From positions 62,001 to 126,000 of the forward strand of contig NIVC01002413.1 of assembly GCA_002269645.1 (NCBI GenBank): a stretch of 64,000 bases of DNA. Reading direction: 5' to 3'. Position numbers and translations under genes: made by a program. The notes under the pieces are model-generated. The model was not told the DNA's origin, made no database searches, and saw only the letters and a program-made list of their open reading frames with translations. Each line of letters starts with the position of its first letter. Position 1 is the stretch's first letter. The stretch is from Macrostomum lignano (lineage: Eukaryota). This document shows positions 26,390-37,274 of the stretch, piece by piece.

Positions 26390-27235
26390 AGTTAGCGCCA
26401 AATCAAAATCTCTGGAATAGACGCCAAATCAAAAATCTCTGGAATTGGCGCCAAATCAAAATCTCTGCAATTGGCGCCAAATCACAATCTCTGGAATTGG
26501 CGCCAAATCAAAATCTCTGGAATTGGCGCCAAATCAAAATCTCTGGAGTTGGCGCCAAATCAAAATCTCTGGAATTGGCGCCAAATCAAAATCTCTGCAA
26601 TTGGCGCCAAATCACAATCTCTGGAATAGGCGCCAAATCAAAATCTCTGGAATTGGCGCCAAATCAAAATCTCTGGAATTGGCGCCGAATCAAAAATCTC
26701 TGGAATTGGCGCCAAATCAAAATCTCTGGAATTGGCGCCAAATCAAAATCTCTGTAATTGGCGCCAAATCAAAATCTCTGGAATTGGCGCCAAATCAAAA
26801 TCTCTGGAATTGGCGCCAAATCAAAGTCACTGGAATTGGCGCCAGATCAAAATCTCTGGAATTGGCGCCAAATCAAAATCTCTGTAATTGGCGCCAAATC
26901 AAAATCTCTGGAATTGGCGCCAAATCAAAGTCACTGGAATTGGCGCCAGATCAAAATCTCTGGAATTGGCGCCAAATCAAAATCTCTGTAATTGGCGCCA
27001 AATCAAAATCTCTGGAATTGAGATTCCAGAGTCACAGAATCACTTAATAAGAATCACATAATCACCATAATCACAATCTCTGGAATTGGCGCCAAATCAC
27101 AATCTCTAGTATTGGTGCTAAATAAAAAAACGCCAGAATTGGCGCCAAATCACAATTTCTGAAATTGGCGCCAAAGCTAAATCTTTAGCAGTGGGACCAA
27201 ATAAAAAAACTTCAGAATTGGCGCCAAATCAAAGT
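26390..27235. repeat. 26-bp minisatellite AATTGGCGCCAAATCAAAATCTCTGG
   Basis: Tandem copies. Confidence 0.95.
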
Positions 27236-27854
27236 GTAAAAACCGTGGCGCCTAATAAAATATTATTAAAACATCTTTAATTAGTAATGAGAGCTAAACT
27301 GAGCACTGTCTCCTAATTTATCGTAGCTTGAAACATTCGCATTATTTTAACTAATTCGACCATTTGGTTTCTACTGATTAGTTAGTAGTGATTTGAGCAT
27401 ATCTTTGTGTATAATAATGTAATTTACTATAACTACATACGAGTACTGCATAGTGTGATAATAAAAAGTCAGGTTTGGTGGCAACAGGTGAATCTGATTA
27501 ATTTGCCTCTTTTTTGCATTGTTTCTGCGTGCTTCAACTGAATTCGTGTAATTCTTGTTATACGGATTGAAAATTTATCGCTCTTTCTTTACTCAGATTT
27601 AACAGTCGGGTGGCTCAACCTAACTGCACTACTTCTATTAGTAGGCATGTGACGAGTATTTTTGTCAATTTTTTCTCTTAAAAAACTGAAAAAGTGTTTT
27701 TGTTTCGTCCTTAAAGTGAGATAATTTAATTTAAATTTGCGCAGGTGTTGTAGTACATGCTGTACTTTTTATATAATAGACTCTGTACATAGACTCTGTA
27801 CTCTGTCTATAGACTCTGTACTCTGACTCTTTTATATAATAGCTTTGAAATCTC

Positions 27855-30390
27855 GGCCAAGGCTCATGAGGGAATCGCCGAGATTTCAAGGCTCATGAGG
27901 GAATCGCTGAGATGCCAAGGCTCATGGGGGAATTGCTGAGATTTCAAGGCTCATCGGGGAATGGCTGAGATTTCAAGGCTCATGGGGGAATCGCCGAGAT
28001 TTCAAGGCTCATCGGGGAATGGCTGAGATTTCAAGTCTCATGGGGGAATTGCCGAGATTTCAAGGCTCATCGGGGAATGGCTGAGATTTCAAGGCTCATT
28101 GGGGAATGGCTGAGATTTCAAGGCTCATGGGGGAATTGCTGAGATGCCAAAGCTCATGGGGAATCGCTGAGATGCCAAGGCTCATGGGGGAATCGCCGAG
28201 ATTTCAAGGCTCATTGGGGAATGGCTGAGATTTCAAGGCTCATGGGGGAATTGCTGAGATTTCAAGGCTCATTGGGGAATGGCTGAGATTTCAAGGCTCA
28301 TTGGGGAATGGCTGAGATTTCAAGTCTCATGGGGGAATTGCCGAGATTTCAAAGCTCATCGGGGAATGGCTGAGATTTCAAGGCTCATGGGGGAATTGCT
28401 GAGATGCCAAGGCTCATGGGGGAATTGCTGAGATGCCAAGGCTCATGGGGGAATTGCTGAGATGCCAAGGCTCATGGGGGAATTGCTGAGATGCCAAGGC
28501 TCATGGGGGAATTGCTGAGATGCCAAGGCTCATGGGGGAATTGCTGAGATGCCAAGGCTCATGGGGGAATTGCTGAGATGCCAAGGCTCATGGGGGAATT
28601 GCTGAGATGCCAAGGCTCATGGGGGAATCGCCGAGATTTCAAGGCTCATCGGGGAATCGCTGAGATTTCAAGGCTCATGGGGGAATTGCTGAGATGCCAA
28701 GGCTCATGGGGGAATTGCTGAGATGCCAAGGCTCATGGGGGAATTGCTGAGATGCCAAGGCTCATCGGGGAATGGCTGAGATTTCAAGGCTCATGGGGGA
28801 ATTGCTGAGATGCCAAGGCTCATGGGGGAATTGCTGAGATGCCAAGGCTCATCGGGGAATTGCTGAGATTTCAAGGCTCATGGGGGAATTGCTGAGATGC
28901 CAAGGCTCATGGGGGAATTGCTGAGATGCCAAGGCTCATGGGGGAATTGCTGAGATGCCAAGGCTCATGGGGGAATTGCTGAGATGCCAAGGCTCATGGG
29001 GGAATCGCCGAGATTTCAAGGCTCATGGGGGAATTGCTGAGATGCCAAGGCTCATCGGGGAATCGCTGAGATGCCAAGGCTCATGGGGGAATTGCTGAGA
29101 TGCCAAGGCTCATGGGGGAATTGCTGAGATGCCAAGGCTCATCGGGGAATTGCTGAGATGCCAAGGCTCATGGGGGAATTGCTGAGATACCAAGGCTCAT
29201 GGGGGAATTGCTGAGATGCCAAGGCTCATGGGGGAATTGCTGAGATGCCAAGGCTCATCGGGGAATCGCTGAGATGCCAAGGCTCATGGGGGAATTGCTG
29301 AGATGCCAAGGCTCATGGGGGAATTGCTGAGATGCCAAGGCTCATGGGGGAATTGCTGAGATGCCAAGGCTCATGGGGGAATTGCTGAGATGCCAAGGCT
29401 CATCGGGGAATTGCTGAGATGCCAAGGCTCATGGGGGAATTGCTGAGATGCCAAGGCTCATCGGGGAATCGCTGAGATTTCAAGGCTCATGGGGGAATCG
29501 CCGAGATTTCAAGGCTCATCGGGGAATCGCTGAGATTTCAAGGCTCATGGGGGAATTGCTGAGATGCCAAGGCTCATGGGGGAATCGCCGAGATTTCAAG
29601 GCTCATGGGGGAATTGCTGAGATGCCAAGGCTCATCGGGGAATCGCTGAGATTTCAAGGCTCATGGGGGAATTGCTGAGATGCCAAGGCTCATGGGGGAA
29701 TTGCTGAGATGCCAAGGCTCATGGGGGAATTGCTGAGATGCCAAGGCTCATGGGGGAATTGCTGAGATGCCAAGGCTCATCGGGGAATTGCTGAGATGCC
29801 AAGGCTCATGGGGGAATTGCTGAGATGCCAAGGCTCATCGGGGAATTGCTGAGATGCCAAGGCTCATGGGGGAATCGCCGAGATTTCAAGGCTCATGGGG
29901 GAATCGCCGAGATTTCAAGGCTCATTGGGGAATGGCTGAGATTTCAAGGCTCATGGGGGAATTGCTGAGATTTCAAGGCTCATTGGGGAATGGCTGAGAT
30001 TTCAAGGCTCATTGGGGAATGGCTGAGATTTCAAGTCTCATGGGGGAATTGCCGAGATTTCAAAGCTCATCGGGGAATGGCTGAGATTTCAAGGCTCATG
30101 GGGGAATTGCTGAGATGCCAAGGCTCATGGGGGAATTGCTGAGATGCCAAGGCTCATGGGGGAATTGCTGAGATGCCAAGGCTCATGGGGGAATTGCCGA
30201 GATTTCAAAGCTCATCGGGGAATGGCTGAGATTTCAAGGCTCATGGGGGAATTGCTGAGATGCCAAGGCTCATGGGGGAATTGCTGAGATGCCAAGGCTC
30301 ATGGGGGAATTGCTGAGATGCCAAGGCTCATGGGGGAATCGCCGAGATTTCAAGGCTCATGGGGGAATCGCCGAGATTTCAAGGCTCATG
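27855..30390. repeat. 29-bp minisatellite GAGATGCCAAGGCTCATGGGGGAATTGCT, with one inverted copy at 31121-31157
   Basis: Tandem copies. GAGCCTTGAAATCTCGGCGATTCCTCATGAGCCTT at 31121ff is the reverse complement of the first unit. Confidence 0.95.
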
Positions 30391-31289
30391 GTGAGATTTG
30401 AGATTTGAATGGCTGAGAAAGGCTGAGCATGGGAAGGCATGATGAAAGTTCCTTAGAGCCTCATATTTTACCTGTAAAAATAACTGTTTCCTAACGAGAG
30501 TGTGTTCCACAAGTCCTACCCATTTTGAGTATTTATTGATCAACAAAACAGAAGCAGGCACTTTCACCGTAAAACATATGGAACACCCCTCGTACTTAAG
30601 CATGATATTATCTCGTAGTTAAGTAATGGACAGTTTTATTTAATAAATATACCAGTAAACGTGAGTTTGTTATGCCTAAAGTAAAAATAATTAATTGATG
30701 TCTAAATAGATGAATACATTTTTGACTAACTTATCCTAAAATAGTTGTTCTGCATATTTGTAACAGGGTAACGACTTTGTTATATCTGCATACGAGCGTA
30801 CGAGAGACAGGTAATTTACATGTAAGACAAGCAAAATTCCTCAATTTAAACTGATGTATTAATAACATTTAAGTTGGTAACTTGTACTAATTTATTTATT
30901 GAAAAACTCTCGCAAAAATTTTACCCCATTATCTATAGCATATTGACATGACTATGACAAAGTGAGCTGTACGGCTGAATAAGTGTAACAATGATACAAA
31001 ACTGTGCAGTTTCGAAAATCCCAATACAGTACTGTACTAAAGCATAAAAATTTATTACATAAAGTGACAATTTCAGTTATTAGTTTTAGCGGAATGAAAC
31101 TTTAGCAATCCCCAGATGATCGAGCCTTGAAATCTCGGCGATTCCTCATGAGCCTTATAATCAGTCAGAATTTTTCATTCGAAACAGTGGATCCGAAGTC
31201 GCATCTGTAGGGGGTCTCATTTCAAGGAGGCGAAATTGCGACATGAAAAAATTGCAAGTCCATGATTTCGGTATGACACGTTTCGCGTT

Positions 31290-34200
31290 TCATAAGTACA
31301 GCTTCTTGGACAGCTGGGACACAATCTGCGGCACTGCATAGCAAGCAACAACACCTTGCGCACTTTCAATCGGAGTCTCCTTGAGTCGCCGGTTCACAAT
31401 GGTGAGCATGTCGGCCAGGTGCTCAGTGCGGTGGTACTCCGTAATTACCTTGCACAGAGTCTGTATGAATGGCGAAACTTCCTCCTCGGTGTTGCCCCGG
31501 TACGAAGCGTATCCTTCGGTGGCTGAGTAGAAGATCAGGATGTCGCTCTCGACTGGGCTGTACGAACTGTCACCGCTGGGCCCAGAGTCTGTGGGTCGTT
31601 GAACGTCCATCCGTTCTCCACGACACGCTTGGATGATGAACACCTTTGGTTTGTGTTGTAGTGCTGAGCAATGGTAGGAGTTGAACTGGTCTACAATTTC
31701 CTTGATTAGCAGTTCCTTTCCGTCCCGTACTACAATTTTTCCGTTGTTTCCATGGGCCATAATCACGCATATCAGCCAGCCATGATTTTCAAGTCTCGTG
31801 CTGTATTTTGCCAAATTTTTAAGATCCTTCTTCATCTCCTTGTGTCCTTGATTCTCAAATACTTCGATTTCACAACTCAGCTCGGTCGCCATCTTGCGTA
31901 GAGCATTTACGTCGCTGCTAGATCCTACGCGTTGATCGTATCTACTTTTGTCCTCGTAATCGCAAATGTTGAAAACTAGAAACAGTCCAGATGACGCCAA
32001 ATGACTGTATCGAAGTGCGTCTTCAACTCCACTTGATCTGCAATATAAAATCGTTTTGTCAACCTTGATGGTGCTTGTGTGTCCTGGACGGATAGTGTTG
32101 ACCCTGTCTGATGGGTGCTCGCTCGGGCTGCCTGATTAACGAGACTCAAGCTCTAGCAGTTGGAACACCCAGCTCCACAAGGTCCAACCTATACTATGCT
32201 GGCCCGACCTAGAGTCTCCTGGTGGATCTCCTAGCAACCTCGTTTAACAACAAAACAGTTTTACTTTCTACTTTTTTGGCATAGTTAATCAGATGGCCTA
32301 ATCAGTAATGTCTAATCTAGAATTTTGCGGAGCTGGTAAAAATCAACCGCATAATCGATAGATCGATCGGGACACTGCATGGAAAGCAACCTACTATTGC
32401 AAAAGTACATGGCGGAATTCCCGTAACACGGCGCCGAACAACTATTCAGCTAGACCCTCATGCTGGCAGACAGGGTTTTTACTAATAGACAGGCTGTGCT
32501 GTGAGTAGGTGCTCACGCAGGGTGTAGAGTGGCCCTTTACCTTTCTAATCGCCAGGCTTGTACGTACACTTTGTCTTGGGGTTGGCCCTTATACATGTAG
32601 TAGGAGTAAATCGTACGACAACCTCCCAAACCACTTTTTGTGTCAATACGACTCAATAGTTTCGTTTCGCGTCATGAGTTTAAAAATAAGAAATAAAGTT
32701 TTTTTTCAAAAAGATGCCAATACGGTGACTAACCTTTTGCTGCTGTTGCTCCTCCAATTGCGAATGCGCTCTCTTATGGACAACTGCGATTCAGTCTTTC
32801 TCATGCCAGCAGTCGTGTTTGCGTCTCTCTCCGTTATTGAGGAGTCCGGAGAGACGCCGCTGGCTCTGCAAAAGGCGCATTCGGAATTAAATTAAACCAG
32901 AGTCACTCTAGGCATATGTTACTGTTGGCAGGCAATTAACGTACGTCTGCATCAGTGTAGACAGTGCCGGGTTCAAAGCGCTGCTCTTAGACAGCACTAG
33001 CGCTGTCCTGCCTTGGCTGTCTTCCATTGTGCAGTCGGCGCCCATGCTCACCATGGTGAGAACTGTGCTAGCAACCTGGCTTGGCGATGTTGCCGCCCAC
33101 ATCACTGGCGTCTGGCCTTCCGAGTCGCTTATGTTGACCGGCACGCCCTCCTCAACCAGAAGCTTCACCGCGTGCATCTTACTGCGCAGTGCGGCAAAGT
33201 GCAAGCTGGTTTCGCCGTTCACATCCGCTGCCGTCGGATCGCCGACTTGAATTAAGGCGTGTAGCGTTTGTTGCTTTTTTTCTAACGGTTTGATGTCGGA
33301 TTCAGCTGCCCAGGAGAGCACAGTACGACCCGTTTCATCTGGCAGGTCACAATTAACTCGAGTGACCACCAGCTGCAGCTCGGTGTAGTTTCCTTCTATC
33401 GCCAGGCGCTTCATCTTTTCAAATTGGCTCTGTTGGTGCAAGTTTGTCAATAAGAGGCTTCATCAGTTTTCTGTAGTTTCGTGTGGCAAATTTGAAAAAT
33501 CACTACATAGGTTTTTTAATTAACTTAAACTTACTTTATTCGCAAGACGGCGGAGCTTTGGCTTTCGGTCATCTGATAGCAACAATTTTGCTTCGCTGCG
33601 GTGAATCAATGAATGGAAGTTTAGTCAATTGAGTATGTTGTTGAATATTTCTGCACTCAAATGCCTGGTATGTAAGGTTGGCACGCCCTATCCGCGTGAT
33701 TAGCCTTGCACCCACCCGGCCCGGCTCCATTTCATCTTGCTCTGACACTCGCCCCTTTTGCAGAGCATCGTTCCCATTTTACCTCTTGAAGTGACGGTTC
33801 GTTGGTTTGTGAGCTGGGTAGCTGTGTGGGGTTTGTTTGCCTAGCTTTATTCACTTTGTTTGCATTTTGCCCTTGCGATCAGCGTGTTCCATAATGTACT
33901 CAGTAAACCAATGCGTACTCTGTGCAATACAATGTACATTGTTTTCGATATCTGCCCCCCCATTGGTAACTGCATATCAAATGCATATTCTTGTAGGTTT
34001 TCATTTGTACATACATCTGTGAGCTATGCGTTTGTGAGCTACATCTGGGGCAAAATGCGCTGCTGGTGAAAAGATTTGCGGGCAAAACTCTTGCTCCTCC
34101 CATTGTTCTTGATTTGCTGTTTTTTGCTTACTTGCTTATAATTTCGTCCATTTCCTGTACAATGTCTCTGTTATGATGGCTGTCTTTGGCCAGGGCCAAC

Positions 34201-34987
34201 GCAGTCTTTCCTTTCTTATTCCTGATATTCAACAGTTCCTCCTTTTTGGGGAAATATCGCTTCTGCCTGAACAAGTGCAGCAGGTGCTTGGCACATCTAA
34301 ATCGGCAATTCCGCACAGCCTCCATCAGTGGGGTGCAGTTCTCTCCGTTTGTCAGAAATTTGGCCTCAAACGGTAGCAGAGCGAGAATCCGCAAGTTGCC
34401 GCACCTTGCCGCCACGTGAGCCGCCGTGTCGCCGTTGCAGTCTACGGCGGCTGGGTCTGCCCCCAGTTTTAGGATGTGCTCAATGCACCTCGAGTATCGC
34501 TTGTGAGGACAGGAAACTTTTGCAACGGCTATGAGCACAGTGCATCCTTTGCTGTCTTTATCTTTTAGAATTTCGCGTAGATTTTTTATTTCGAGCAAAC
34601 GATCGATTTTTCCGTCGAAAATGAGGTCTATAACCTGAAATTCGTGCAAAAGTACACAAATCTATGTAGTGCATGCTATTTGTCAGTGCAGGAGCATACT
34701 GGCGCACTCTGGCTTCTGATAATTCGAAGGCTGGTTGGTGATAAACTGAACTCCGATAGTGTAAATTTAAATACAAATTTAGAAAGCGCTGGCTTAAAAT
34801 ACACGGACATTTATAGGTGCATTTAGACACGGATATGGGGGCAATTTTGAAATGGTTCAAAAGACGCAAACTGTACATGTATCATTAGGACAGTCTAATT
34901 TTGAAATGTACCTTAGATGCAAGATGCATAATTATACATTTAAAAGCATTTGCGCACCCTTACCTGTTGATAGGACTCGTTAGCCAT
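31290..34987 (-). CDS. Ankyrin-repeat caspase, 606 aa; exons 34987-34964, 34634-34132, 33595-33535, 33429-32945, 32037-31290
   Basis: Caspase catalytic MAHG and QACRG, plus the substrate-pocket Arg residues (DQR, SYR). Two blocks of ~4 ankyrin repeats. Donors GTAAGG, GTAAGC, GTAAGT, GTACGT with CAG acceptors give phases 0, 2, 0, 2 and an uninterrupted 1821-nt CDS. Confidence 0.8.
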
Positions 34988-35469
34988 TAATAGCAGCAGG
35001 TGAAATAATTAAAATAATTATTTTATGTTGGGCCTCAGACGACACTAAAGTTTTGGCATCTGCTGAGTGTTGTGGGTAGATATATAGACACGATAGCAGA
35101 AGTCACACAGCTAATTAAAAATAGATATGACGAGACAATTCACCCTAGTGTTCGTTAAAACAGTGTACTAATATTTGCTCTTAGATCAACAGTGCTCTTT
35201 TCAAGGCACTCTACTCAAAACGAACTACTTGGGTATAAAATTTCTTTTGGCCTCTGTGTTATGACTGTTCGTTATTGTGCAAAGTCTGAGTTTCAGAACA
35301 ACACTGTGTTTTTTAACACTGTACAGACATTTTTAGTATTAAAGTAGCAATCTTCGCCCCCCCCCAATGGGGGACATCTGGATAGAATCCTTGTTCTTTA
35401 CAAATAAACAAATAGACAGCGAAATAAAGCTTTCATAAAAAAACAACAGACATTCCCTATAAAAAAAAC

Positions 35470-36290
35470 ATCCCAAGACAGCAAGCATCCCCTGACAGCA
35501 TTCAAGCATCGATCCCAAAATAGCAAGCATCCCCCAGACTGCAAGTATCCCCCAGACAGCAAGCATCCCCCAGACTGCAAGTATCCCCCAGATAGCAAGC
35601 ATCCCCCAGATAGCAAGCATCCCCCAGATAGCAAGCATCCCCCAGATAGCAAGCATCCCCCAGATAGCAAGCATCCCCCAGACCCCAGATAGCAAGCATC
35701 CCCCAGATAGCAAGCATCCCCCAGATAGCAAGCATCCCCCAGACCCCAGATAGCAAGCATCCCCCAGATAGCAAGCATCCCCCAGACCCCAGATAGCAAG
35801 CATCCCCCAGATAGCAAGCATCCCCCAGACCCCAGATAGCAAGCATCCCCCAGATAGCAAGCATCCCCCAGACCCCAGATAGCAAGCATCCCCCAGATAG
35901 CAAGCATCCCCCAGACCCCAGATAGCAAGCATCCCCCAGATAGCAAGCATCCCCCAGACCCCAGATAGCAAGCATCCCCCAGATAGCAAGCATCCCCCAG
36001 ACCCCAGATAGCAAGCATCCCCCAGATAGCAAGCATCCCCCAGACCCCAGATAGCAAGCATCCCCCAGATAGCAAGCATCCCCCAGACCCCAGATAGCAA
36101 GCATCCCCCAGATAGCAAGCATCCCCCAGACCCCAGATAGCAAGCATCCCCCAGACCCCAGATAGCAAGCATCCCCCAGATAGCAAGCATCCCCAGACCT
36201 CAGATAGCAAGCATCCCCCAGATAGCAAGTACCCTCCATCCCCCAAGAGCAAGCATCTCCCAATAGCAAGTTATCCCAGTAGCTACTTAG
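35470..36290. repeat. 18/25-bp minisatellite GATAGCAAGCATCCCCCA(GACCCCA)
   Basis: Tandem copies between the two first-exon duplicates. Confidence 0.95.
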
Positions 36291-36413
36291 GGCAAGCGAT
36301 ATTCAGGAAACTTTTGCAGCACACATTCTAATTGTAAGACGCATTAAGACGCTTAATGATACATAATTATACATTTCTAAGTTCATGGGTGTATGCGTCC
36401 CAGTCACCCTTAC

Positions 36414-36437
36414 CTGTTCATAGGAATCGTTCGCCAT
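36414..36437 (-). CDS. Duplicated first coding exon (MANDSYEQ) of the ankyrin-caspase gene, within a diverged copy (~36320-36740) of ~34880-35340
   Basis: ATGGCGAACGATTCCTATGAACAG|GTAAGG versus ATGGCTAACGAGTCCTATCAACAG|GTAAGG (MANESYQQ). Both are phase 0. Confidence 0.6.
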
Positions 36438-36989
36438 TAACAGAAGCAGGTAGAATAAAAAAATAATGCTATGCTAGCCAAAGACAGCACTAAATCTTAT
36501 GCATTTGCATAGCGGTTGTGGGCAGATATAGACACAATAGATGTAAAGCTAATTAAAAATAGACCTGACGAAATACTTGTAGGTTCCTTGAACAGTGCTT
36601 CTCTTGTACCTGCGCTCACCTTTGCACTTTTCAATAGTTCAATAAAGGCTTCTTTTTGCCTGTGTTACGACTGTTCGTTAGTGTGCTAGTCTCTGAGTTT
36701 CAGAACAATACAGTTTTTTTCAACACTGTACGAACATCTTTAGCAATAAATATAGAGGTCAGTCAATTTAGGGACTTAGAGCTAAATATCAATAATAAAA
36801 ATGAATTAAGAGCAGCAATTACTAAACTCATCGTTTACTCGTATTTTGAGCCAGTTAAGCAGCCCAGCAAGAACTCAGTTTTAGGTCAATCGGCAGTTAG
36901 CATGCACTGTGTATTTCAATATAAATAACAATTCGTTTAATGCATTTGTTTGAATATTAGCTTTATAGAGAGAAATGTAGACGCATACG

Positions 36990-37170
36990 TTTGAACTGGA
37001 GAGAGTGTACATTGGGGAAGGGGTTTTGAACTGGAGCGGGTGTACATTGGGGAAGGGGTTTTGAACTGGAGCGGGTGTACATTGGGGAAGGGGTTTTGAA
37101 CTGGAGCGGGTGTACATTGGGGAAGGGGTTTTGAACTGGAGCGGGTGTGTACATTGGGGAAGGGGTTTTG
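36990..37170. repeat. 35-bp minisatellite TTGAACTGGAGCGGGTGTACATTGGGGAAGGGGTT, ~5 copies
   Basis: Tandem copies. Confidence 0.9.
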
Positions 37171-37274
37171 AATCGGACAGAGGGTCCATTGGGGTGAAAG
37201 AATAGTACATTCTAATATCTAATATGATTTTAGCAATTAATTTCTCACATAAATGATGAAAATATTCGTACAAG

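Noticed and set aside
22841-30390. CRISPR-like arrays (29-30-bp repeats)
   Set aside because: Units are head-to-tail with no unique spacers, there are no cas genes, and the context is eukaryotic.
32509-32895. 128-aa plus-strand ORF
   Set aside because: GTG start, no motif, and it lies antisense within intron 4 of the ankyrin-caspase gene.
31290-34649. Three separate genes (two ankyrin-only ORFs and a prodomain-less caspase), as implied by the ORF track
   Set aside because: Two of the three ORFs lack an in-frame ATG before the domain, the ankyrin stops sit just past strong donors, and all phases join into one CDS.
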